The notes beneath the pieces were generated by a model, which worked only from the letters and a program-made list of their open reading frames with translations, made no database searches and was not told the DNA's origin. A stretch of 31,172 bases of DNA from Thainema sp. (GTDB lineage Bacteria > Cyanobacteriota > Cyanobacteriia > Phormidesmidales > Phormidesmidaceae). The position numbers were made by a program, and so were the translations under genes. Shown in pieces: positions 1 through 7,425 of this stretch. The first letter of the stretch is position 1. Each line of letters begins with the position of its first letter. The DNA lies in assembly GCA_052168235.1 (NCBI GenBank), contig JBQLZK010000071.1, forward strand, positions 1 to 31,172. Direction: 5' to 3'.

Positions 1-104
1 CTTATCATCTTCTGTCAAAGCTGTGTTTCGGTCAACCCAGTTGAGCAATTACAATTTGCGTTCCTTAGCCCATAATAAGAAGCGTTGTGTAACGTTTTAT
101 TGCT

Positions 105-569
105 ATGCCTTTACCCAGCAATTTGGCAACTCTTAATGGTCAGCCGCTTTCGCCGGAAACTCTAGAGAATAAAGTGGTGCTGTTCGTTAACGTAGCCAGC
201 CAGTGCGGTCTGACCCCGCAGTATAGCGGCCTAGTTGAGTTAGATCAGGAATATCGCGATCGTGGTTTGGTAATTATCGGCGTACCCTGCAACCAGTTTG
301 GCAAGCAGGAGCCAGGAACACCAGAAGAAATCAAGGATTTCACCCAGTCGAAGTACAACGTAGACTTTACGCTGCTGGAAAAGCAGGATGTCAACGGTGC
401 CAACCGCAGCCCCTTGTATCAGTTCTTAGTGGGTGAAGGCCCCGATATTGCCTGGAACTTTGGCAAGTTTGTTGTCGGTCGAGATGGCGAAGTGGTGGCT
501 CGCTTTGAACCCCAAACGGCTCCCAATGATCCAGAACTGAAAGCCGCGATTGAAAAGGCTTTGGGCTAA
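105..569 (+). CDS. Glutathione peroxidase family protein (Cys-type)
   Basis: Motifs NVASQCGLTPQY, GVPCNQFG and WNFGKF are GPx signatures. Confidence 0.95.
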   Translation: MPLPSNLATLNGQPLSPETLENKVVLFVNVASQCGLTPQYSGLVELDQEYRDRGLVIIGVPCNQFGKQEPGTPEEIKDFTQSKYNVDFTLLEKQDVNGANRSPLYQFLVGEGPDIAWNFGKFVVGRDGEVVARFEPQTAPNDPELKAAIEKALG

Positions 570-593
570 TCAAATGGCAACTGGTTAGGTAGC

Positions 594-1085
594 TTAAGCC
601 TGCCAGAAGTCCGTCAAGTTAGCCTCATCGATCAGGTACGCTGTTTCCCCATCGCGGATCGCGCGTTTGCCATGATGGGGAAACGTGCCAATATCAACCT
701 TGACCTGTTCGCCACCGACTAAATACACCAACTCCTGATCAAACGGATTCCGCAGATGGTGCGGCTTTTGAGGCAGACCAAACCCCAGGAAATCACCCGC
801 CGCAACTTCATATTCCGCTTCGTCAATCTCGGCAATGCCTCGACCCGATAAGATATAAATCCATTCTTCTTCATTACTGTGGGCGTGGTAAATAAACGAT
901 TCTTTACCAGGAGGAATGCGAGCCAGGGTAACGCCGATCCGATTGAGTCCGGTGGCGCGACTGAGCGATCGCAGATACACTTCGGAATTGGGATTTAGCG
1001 GATGATGAAATTCAAACTCGCCAATTGCTTCAATATCGGCGGCTTTGAGCAGTGAGGGTTGAGATTCGGGCTGGGGCTGAGACAT
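594..1085 (-). CDS. Cupin domain protein
   Basis: Cupin motifs HAHSNEEEWIYILSGRG and PHHLRN. Start at ATG 1085 (MSQPQ) preferred over the longer ORF-track start at 1130. Confidence 0.85.
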   Translation of the reverse strand: MSQPQPESQPSLLKAADIEAIGEFEFHHPLNPNSEVYLRSLSRATGLNRIGVTLARIPPGKESFIYHAHSNEEEWIYILSGRGIAEIDEAEYEVAAGDFLGFGLPQKPHHLRNPFDQELVYLVGGEQVKVDIGTFPHHGKRAIRDGETAYLIDEANLTDFWQA

Positions 1086-1091
1086 AGGAAC

Positions 1092-1121
1092 TTGACATCC
1101 CGTTGAAACTTGCTTTAATTG
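1092..1121 (+). promoter_or_regulatory. Possible sigma70-type promoter for the Thr leader/thrS transcript
   Basis: Perfect TTGACA at 1092-1097 followed by TGC-TTTAAT (1111-1119). The -10 element is imperfect. Confidence 0.3.
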
Positions 1122-1146
1122 AGCTATCACTCAGTTTATTTCAACT

Positions 1147-1212
1147 ATGCAGCCGTCAATTCATTTGACTACCACCACTACGACCCAAACCACCCATCTG
1201 GGAGGGCTGTAG
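1147..1212 (+). CDS. Thr-rich leader peptide 1, MQPSIHLTTTTTTQTTHLGGL (21 aa, 8 Thr)
   Basis: ATG...TAG ORF with mixed Thr codons (ACT/ACC/ACG). Its last codons (GGGAGGGCTGT) are complementary to the 5' arm of the downstream terminator. Confidence 0.85.
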   Translation: MQPSIHLTTTTTTQTTHLGGL

Positions 1213-1243
1213 GTGCTGCGCTAGAATTGCAAGCTTACCGTTG

Positions 1244-1284
1244 AAACGGCCCTCCTGATCACCATCGGGAGGGCTGTTTGTTTT
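1244..1284 (+). terminator. Attenuator terminator 1
   Basis: AAACGGCCCTCCTGAT-CACC-ATCGGGAGGGCTGTTT forms a 16-bp stem (2 G-U) followed by GTTTT. Confidence 0.85.
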
Positions 1285-1292
1285 AGGTACGT

Positions 1293-1518
1293 AGCCCTCA
1301 CCCCCAGCCCCTCTCCCACGGGAGCTACTGTTTATATATAAGTCTCCTAGACTTCGCTTCGAGGTTGAGATCCCCCCTAGCCCCCCTTAAAAAGGGGGGA
1401 ATTGACTCAAAGTTCCCCCTTTTTAAGGGGGATTTAGGGGGATCAGTCCGGGATTTAGAAGGACTTTCAGAATGTGTATAAACAGTAGCTCCCGTGGGAG
1501 AGGGCTAGGGTGAGGGCT
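1293..1518. repeat. Nested palindromic dispersed repeat (REP/MITE-like)
   Basis: ~47-bp terminal inverted repeats (AGCCCTCACCC...CTCTCCCACGGGAGCTACTGTTTATA / TATAAACAGTAGCTCCCGTGGGAGAGGG...GGGTGAGGGCT) enclose an inner GATCCCCC..CCCCCTTAAAAAGGGGG..CCCCCTTTTTAAGGGGG..GGGGGATC palindrome (~1368-1444). Confidence 0.85.
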
Positions 1519-1545
1519 TTCCGAGTAATGTTACTTTCTAAACCA

Positions 1546-1602
1546 ATGTTCAGAATTACAACCACTACGACGACTACCACTACCACGCCGGGAGGGACGT
1601 GA
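1546..1602 (+). CDS. Thr-rich leader peptide 2, MFRITTTTTTTTTTPGGT (18 aa, 11 Thr; alternative in-frame ATG at 1528)
   Basis: Ten consecutive Thr codons using all four ACN codons. The ORF ends GGAGGGACG-TGA, complementary to CGCCCCTC in terminator 2. Confidence 0.88.
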   Translation: MFRITTTTTTTTTTPGGT

Positions 1603-1632
1603 CGATTGCGGCTGCCAAAACGCATTTAATTC

Positions 1633-1668
1633 GCCCCTCAAGTGCTCTTGGAGGGGTTTTTGTTATTT
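1633..1668 (+). terminator. Attenuator terminator 2
   Basis: GCCCCTCAAG-TGCT-CTTGGAGGGGT hairpin (one bulge) followed by TTTTTGTTATTT. Confidence 0.8.
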
Positions 1669-1715
1669 CAAATTAGCCTGCCATTGACTCATATCAAGTC
1701 TGTGTATAAGAACCC

Positions 1716-1768
1716 GATTTATTTTTTATGAAACGTTTGCTCTGCAAACGTTTCATAAAAAATAAATC
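1716..1768. repeat. Perfect 25-bp AT-rich inverted repeat in the thrS 5' region
   Basis: GATTTATTTTTTATGAAACGTTTGC-TCT-GCAAACGTTTCATAAAAAATAAATC. Confidence 0.9.
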
Positions 1769-1846
1769 ATGGGTTTTCAACAAGACTTCATATCACATTA
1801 ATTTCGTTAATTTACCCACTCATTCATCCACTAAAGGAGAACTCAA

Positions 1847-3058
1847 ATGGCTGACCATCGCGATTTCGCAAGAGATATGGATTTGTTTCACTTTGAAGAA
1901 CACAGCCCCGGCATGGTGTTCTGGCATCCCCAGGGCTGGCAGCTTTTCCGTAATGTTGAAGACTTCATGCGCCAAGAGTATCAGCATCATGGCTTTGACG
2001 AAGTGCGATCGCCCGTTGCCCTGAGCCGATCGCTGTGGCTGCGATCGCAACATTGGCAGAAGTTCCGCAATGGTATGTTTGTCGTGGGCAGTGCTGAATC
2101 TGAAGCACCAGAGGTGGACGCGGCAGTGGCTGTAGCAGAACCCGACTATGCGCTGAAGCCGATGTCCTGTCCAGCTCATATCGCCATTTTTCAGGCCCAT
2201 AAACGCAGCTATCGGCAGTTGCCCATGCGACTGATGGAGTTTGGCATGTGTCACCGCAATGAGCTATCGGGAACGCTGTCGGGCTGTATGCGGCTGCGGC
2301 AGTTTGTCCAGGATGATGCCCATATTTTTTGCCAGCCGGGGGATGTGCCCCAGGAAATTCAGCGCTTTCTGAGCATGGTGCAGCGGGTCTATCGGGCGTT
2401 TGGCTATGAGCGATTTTCGCTACAAGTGTCCCTGCGACCTGCCCAGCGCTTGGGTTCAGATGAACTGTGGGATCGAGCAGAGAACATTCTAATTGAGGCG
2501 GTGCAGTTGCTCCAGATGGACTTTGAGCTGGCTCCAGGGGAAGGCGCATTTTATGGGCCAAAGCTGGAAATTGCTTTGCACGATCATCTCGGTCGCTCTT
2601 GGCAGTGCGGTACGTTTCAGGTCGATTTCAATATGCCGCGTTTGTTTGACCTCTCGTTTGTCAATGCCGCAGGCGAGCTAGAGCAGCCAATTATGCTGCA
2701 CCAAGCGGTTTTGGGTTCCCTCGAACGCTGGATCGGTATTCTGCTGGAGCACCATGACGGAATTCTGCCGCTCTGGTTGGCTCCCACTCAAATTGCCGTC
2801 GCGCCCATTTCGGATAAATCCGCAGACTGGGCCGAAGCGATTTTCCAGCGACTCAAACAGCGCGGTATCCGAGTTGAAATGTGTGATCGCAATGGCACAA
2901 TCGGCAAGAAAATCCGCGATTTATCCCGCCGCCGCGTCCCGCTCATCGCCATTGTGGGCGAACAGGAAAGCGAACAGCAAACGCTCAATCTGCGGCGATT
3001 AGGAGAAAACAAGCAGGAGGAGATATCGCTAATTGAATTGGAAAATCGGTTGAGATGA
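1847..3058 (+). CDS. thrS: Threonine--tRNA ligase, short form (catalytic and anticodon-binding domains only; no TGS/editing domain)
   Basis: Starts at DHR..DLF. Motifs KPMSCPAH, HRNELSG..MRLRQFVQDDAHIF, GEGAFYGPK, QCGT.Q.DF and HQAVLGSLERWIG, plus a C-terminal anticodon domain. SD AAGGAGA upstream. Confidence 0.95.
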   Translation: MADHRDFARDMDLFHFEEHSPGMVFWHPQGWQLFRNVEDFMRQEYQHHGFDEVRSPVALSRSLWLRSQHWQKFRNGMFVVGSAESEAPEVDAAVAVAEPDYALKPMSCPAHIAIFQAHKRSYRQLPMRLMEFGMCHRNELSGTLSGCMRLRQFVQDDAHIFCQPGDVPQEIQRFLSMVQRVYRAFGYERFSLQVSLRPAQRLGSDELWDRAENILIEAVQLLQMDFELAPGEGAFYGPKLEIALHDHLGRSWQCGTFQVDFNMPRLFDLSFVNAAGELEQPIMLHQAVLGSLERWIGILLEHHDGILPLWLAPTQIAVAPISDKSADWAEAIFQRLKQRGIRVEMCDRNGTIGKKIRDLSRRRVPLIAIVGEQESEQQTLNLRRLGENKQEEISLIELENRLR

Positions 3059-3154
3059 ATCAGTTGGACTAGGGTTTATAACTAGAAGGTTTTGTTATAG
3101 AAGTGCTATAACAGAAGCGTTTATTTATGGGCAGCGATAACGCTTAGAGAACCT

Positions 3155-3946
3155 GTGGGCAAGGAAGTATATCGTTTAAATAAGCGTCGAAAGACTCTTG
3201 AAAAACTTCGCGAGTATTGGGAGCATCAAGAAAACATTCTCGTAGTTCATTATTCCTGCGAAAGCTTTCATGATAAATCTAACGATTCCACCTCAAGAAT
3301 TACTTCGATCGCTGTCAGAAACTTTGCTTCAGGTCAAACTGAATCATTTTCAATTCATAAGATTGCAGAACTGGAGAAACTTTCGAGTAATCAGATTGTT
3401 AATAACTATGATGAACTTGAACGAAAGATGCTGGATGAATTCTTCCAGTTTCTTTTAGAAAATCAGCGTTGCACATGGGTACATTGGAACATGAGAGATA
3501 TTAACTATGGATTTCAAGCACTTGAACATCGATATAAAGTTCTTGGTGGTCTTCCCACTCATCTAGGCGAAGATAGAAAACTTGACCTTTCTCGCACCTT
3601 AATCAACATCTATGGCAACAACTATATTGATCATCCTAGGCTTGGCAAGCTGATGGAAAAGAATAGGATTTCATCCATCAGCTTTTTATATGGAAAAGAT
3701 GAGGCCAAAGCCTTTGAGGCAAGAGAATTCGTTAAGCTCCATCAGTCAACTCTACGCAAAGTAAATGTAATTGCCAGTATCTTGGAAAGGACTTTACAAG
3801 ATGACTTAAAAACAAATGCAAAGTGGCATCAAACTCATGGCATCCATCCTAGAGCATTAGTTGAAATCATCACTGAAAATTGGATATGGAGCTTGGTTAC
3901 TATGACAGCCACTATCATCGGAATTACAAAATTCTTTTTAATGTGA
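3155..3946 (+). CDS. Hypothetical protein, possible degenerate 3'-5' exonuclease (RNase H-like) fold with C-terminal TM helix
   Basis: 263-aa AT-rich ORF. ERKMLDEFF and VHWNMRDINYGF resemble exonuclease-domain motifs; hydrophobic C-terminus WIWSLVTMTATIIGITKFFLM. Confidence 0.6.
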   Translation: MGKEVYRLNKRRKTLEKLREYWEHQENILVVHYSCESFHDKSNDSTSRITSIAVRNFASGQTESFSIHKIAELEKLSSNQIVNNYDELERKMLDEFFQFLLENQRCTWVHWNMRDINYGFQALEHRYKVLGGLPTHLGEDRKLDLSRTLINIYGNNYIDHPRLGKLMEKNRISSISFLYGKDEAKAFEAREFVKLHQSTLRKVNVIASILERTLQDDLKTNAKWHQTHGIHPRALVEIITENWIWSLVTMTATIIGITKFFLM

Positions 3947-3949
3947 GAA

Positions 3950-4072
3950 ATGGTAAATTCAAATCCTAAAGCGATTCTCCGAGCATGGGTTGAGGCGTTC
4001 AATCGGGCAGATGTTGAAACGCTTGTTTCTTTTTATACCGAGGACGCCATCAACCGAGTAGTGTCGTTCTGA
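3950..4072 (+). pseudogene. Truncated SnoaL/NTF2-like protein (40 aa)
   Basis: MVNSNPKAILRAWVEAFNRADVETLVSFYTEDAIN matches the SnoaL N-terminal pattern, then stops early. Confidence 0.65.
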
Positions 4073-4639
4073 TGAGTAAGTGTTAGTTAAACGACGCTTG
4101 CCGCCAATAGAGATATTAAAAAATAAGCTGTGGATAATGCTTGATTGATCTAAGTCAGTTTGGGTGATGGGCATTGGCCGAATAAATCAAATGCTAAAGA
4201 TTGGATTTTGATTTATCCAATGTTGCCCTAGATTTTGCATACAACCATTTAGATACTTGCATTTTACACTGATCTTTCAGAGGTTATTTGTTACCATAAT
4301 GCAGCGACAAATAATTCTTCTGGTTTCTGATTGGTGGAGTGCCAGCTGTGAGGATTACAATATTAAGCGAATAGCCTCAAGCATTGATAAACTGGAGCTG
4401 CAATGGTGTAGCCCCAGTTGGTGTTGAGGGCACGCTGTCATCTACTGTGCAACCACCTCACTTAACCTGTAATCGTTGTTAACCCAAGGCCGTAACCTGT
4501 ATTCACAATTTGTGCAGAGCATAGATTTGAGAGATAAGGTGAAAATAAGAGAAAAGTAATAGAGCTTTGGCGTTTATTACTGGCAACGATGATTTATGAT
4601 TGCTGCACGATTGACCCTTGGCGATCAGGTGACTCCCTC

Positions 4640-7408
4640 ATGAAGATTCTATTGGTTGAGGATGACGCGCAGATTGGACAGTTTCTATCCGCAACGCTAA
4701 CCACTCATCGCTACGCTGTAGATGTGGTGGCGGATGGTCAAACAGGTCTGGATTTGGCGATTGAGCGGGATTACGACGTGATCTTGCTCGATGTCCTGTT
4801 GCCCAAGCTGAATGGTATTGAAGTGTGCCGCACGTTACGACAGTACGGACGAACGACCCCAATTTTAATGTTGACGGGCAAAGGCACCAATGAAGATGTG
4901 GTCATGGGGCTAGATGCGGGCGCAGATGATTATGTCGTCAAACCCTGCGATCCCGCTCGGTTGCTAGCGCGGATTCGGGCGCTCTTGCGGCGTCAGGAGG
5001 CTACGTCATCGCTCATTCTCAGTTGGGGTGATCTACAGCTCGACTTAACGCTGATTCAAGCGACCTATCGTCAGCAAACGATTGCACTGAGCCCCAAGGA
5101 ATATAGCCTGCTGGAGCTGTTTTTGCGGCATCCCCAGCGCATTTTCAGCCGCAGCAACATTATTGATCGGCTCTGGTCAATTGATGACTCACCGACGGAT
5201 GCAGCTGTCACCAATTTAATTAAAGATCTACGGCGACGGCTGCGATCGGCAGGCATTGAGGAAGAAATGATCGAAACGGTCTACCGTTTGGGCTATCGGC
5301 TAAAAGCGCCACCCTCGAAAGCTGATTCGGCTGCTTCACCTACGAGCGACACCGCCGGTTCGGCGAACTCGCCGTCTTCGCCAGCGACTCCCGCGCCGCA
5401 ATCACCTGAACCAGCAGATGCGCTAGTGGCTGATTCATTAGCGGAACGGCAGCGGGCTGATGCGTTGAATCAAACTGTTTCATCTGTTCCGTTGAACCAG
5501 TCGGCTCTGTATCAATCCGAATTTAGTTCACAATCTAGTCCAGTATCAGAGTCAGGGGCTAGCCCAGACCAGGCCAAGCAAGAAGGACTGCTACTGCTGC
5601 AGCAAGCGATACAGGATTTTCGGGCGTCGCTGCCGAGTCGGATGCAGAGCTTAGAGACTGCCATCCAGCAGCTGCAAATCCAACTAGGGGAGGATCAGTT
5701 CGCTGACCCCGTGTCAGACCCGGCATCAGACCAGACATTAGACCAGACATCAGCAGACCAGGCATCAGATGCAAGTGATTCTTGGTCAGCTTTGGTTTTA
5801 ATTGTGGCTCAGATTCGGGATCAGGCGCATCGACTAGCGGGCGGACTGGGCACATTTGGCTATACCAAAGCGGGGCAGTTGGCACAGACAATTGAGCAAA
5901 TGCTGGATGCGTGGCTCAATGCTGGCTCAGCGGATGGAGACAGAGATGAGGCTGGGGATACAACGGCTCGTCGTCAAGCCATTCAGCAACTGGTTAATCC
6001 GATTACTACTCTGCTAGCTGACTTAAAACAAGCGACGGTGAGCGACCCAGAAACGCCGATGATTTCTATGCCGGAGGTTGCGGTCGATGCTCTCCCGATG
6101 TCCCAGCTATCGATTGTCGTGATGGATGATGATCATTCATTTACTCAACTGCTCCAGCAGATTGCGCTGCTGCGGAATGCTGAGGTTGATGTGGTGCTTG
6201 ATGAGTCGGGTTTGTGGCAGCGGTTGCAGGCCCAGGTGCCCAGTGTTCTGCTGTTGAGCTTGAACATTGAGGGGATGTCTCATGCATTACTGGACTTACT
6301 GGAGCAGGTCACGGAGCGCTATCCGGATCTGCCAGTGTTGGCATTAGCCGAGACCGATCAATTGCGCGATCGCATGTTGGTGACGCAAAAGGGGGGACGG
6401 GGCTATATTCTCAAGTCAGCTACGCTGGATGAGGTATTTGAAGCGATTCTGCTGGCGCTGCCCGCTACTCAGATGGGAGCCAAAGTTTTATTAGTGGATG
6501 ATGACTCCATCATGCTGAGCACCCTGGCGGCGCTACTTGAACCCCAGCGCTTGAACTTGACTACCCTCTCTAATCCGGCTCAGTTCTGGCAGGTGCTGAC
6601 GCAGATTCAGCCGGAGGTGCTGCTGTTGGATTTAGAAATGCCTCAATTTAACGGTTTGGAGCTGTGTCGGGTGGTGCGGCAGGATGCTCGCTATCGCAAT
6701 TTACCCATCCTGGTTGTCACAGCCTATACGGATGAAGACCGCTTGCAGAAGGCATTTGCGGCAGGGGCAGACGACTTTATTCGCAAGCCCGTTGAGCCCA
6801 AAGACTTTGTGATGCGGGTGCTGCGCCAAATCGAGAAAATGCGCCATCAGCGGCAGCAGCAGCAGCTGCAGCACCAGCAGCTTCAGACGTGGTACAACCA
6901 GGCGCGACAGGACACCTTAACGCGGGTGGCCAATCGTCGCTATTTTGATGAATTTTTGGCTCAGACTTGGCAGCAGTGTCAGCATCAGCAGATGTTTGTT
7001 TCGCTGATTTTGGCGGATGTCGATTTGTTCAAAGCCTACAACGACGCGCATGGACATGTGGCGGGCGATCAGTGTCTGCAGCAGATTGCCCGTGTGCTGC
7101 AGGACTGTGTGCAGTCGCGCCAAGATCTAGTGGCTCGCTATGGTGGAGAGGAATTTGCAGTCATTTTACCGGAGACGAATTTGAATGGTGCGCTACAGGT
7201 GGCCGAGCGGATTCGAGCTGCGATCGCAGATTTAAAGATTCGTCATCCTGATTCTCCAGTGAGTGACTATGTCACACTAAGCTTAGGGATTACTGGAGTT
7301 ATACCGTCCGATCGCCATTCGCCGCATGATCTAATTGCGATCGCAGATCAAGCTCTCTATGCTGCAAAAAAACGCGGTCGCAATACCTATTGCCTCTACC
7401 CGCTCTAG
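4640..7408 (+). CDS. Multidomain response regulator/diguanylate cyclase: REC-wHTH-Hpt-REC(pseudo)-REC-GGDEF
   Basis: MKILLVEDD REC; OmpR-type wHTH (LSPKEY..IETVYRLGYRL); Hpt AHRLAGGLG; REC LLVDDD..LLDLEMP; DTLTRVANRR..RYGGEEF. Confidence 0.92.
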   Translation: MKILLVEDDAQIGQFLSATLTTHRYAVDVVADGQTGLDLAIERDYDVILLDVLLPKLNGIEVCRTLRQYGRTTPILMLTGKGTNEDVVMGLDAGADDYVVKPCDPARLLARIRALLRRQEATSSLILSWGDLQLDLTLIQATYRQQTIALSPKEYSLLELFLRHPQRIFSRSNIIDRLWSIDDSPTDAAVTNLIKDLRRRLRSAGIEEEMIETVYRLGYRLKAPPSKADSAASPTSDTAGSANSPSSPATPAPQSPEPADALVADSLAERQRADALNQTVSSVPLNQSALYQSEFSSQSSPVSESGASPDQAKQEGLLLLQQAIQDFRASLPSRMQSLETAIQQLQIQLGEDQFADPVSDPASDQTLDQTSADQASDASDSWSALVLIVAQIRDQAHRLAGGLGTFGYTKAGQLAQTIEQMLDAWLNAGSADGDRDEAGDTTARRQAIQQLVNPITTLLADLKQATVSDPETPMISMPEVAVDALPMSQLSIVVMDDDHSFTQLLQQIALLRNAEVDVVLDESGLWQRLQAQVPSVLLLSLNIEGMSHALLDLLEQVTERYPDLPVLALAETDQLRDRMLVTQKGGRGYILKSATLDEVFEAILLALPATQMGAKVLLVDDDSIMLSTLAALLEPQRLNLTTLSNPAQFWQVLTQIQPEVLLLDLEMPQFNGLELCRVVRQDARYRNLPILVVTAYTDEDRLQKAFAAGADDFIRKPVEPKDFVMRVLRQIEKMRHQRQQQQLQHQQLQTWYNQARQDTLTRVANRRYFDEFLAQTWQQCQHQQMFVSLILADVDLFKAYNDAHGHVAGDQCLQQIARVLQDCVQSRQDLVARYGGEEFAVILPETNLNGALQVAERIRAAIADLKIRHPDSPVSDYVTLSLGITGVIPSDRHSPHDLIAIADQALYAAKKRGRNTYCLYPL

Positions 7409-7425
7409 CAGGTTTCAATGGCATC

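Noticed and set aside
1147..1602. Thr-rich ORFs as RiPP precursors or simple ACN microsatellites
   Set aside because: No modifying enzymes are nearby. Mixed codons, paired terminators and the adjacent thrS fit attenuation better.
1140..1840. T-box riboswitch upstream of thrS
   Set aside because: No T-box consensus (AAnnnGGGTGGnACCRCG) was seen before either terminator.
1728..2024. 98-aa ORF as a frameshifted N-terminal part of ThrRS
   Set aside because: No TGS or editing motifs; it begins inside the palindrome, and thrS has its own strong SD.
1965..2561. 198-aa antisense ORF and other short ORFs overlapping long genes
   Set aside because: Fully nested in well-supported CDSs and lacking recognisable protein features.
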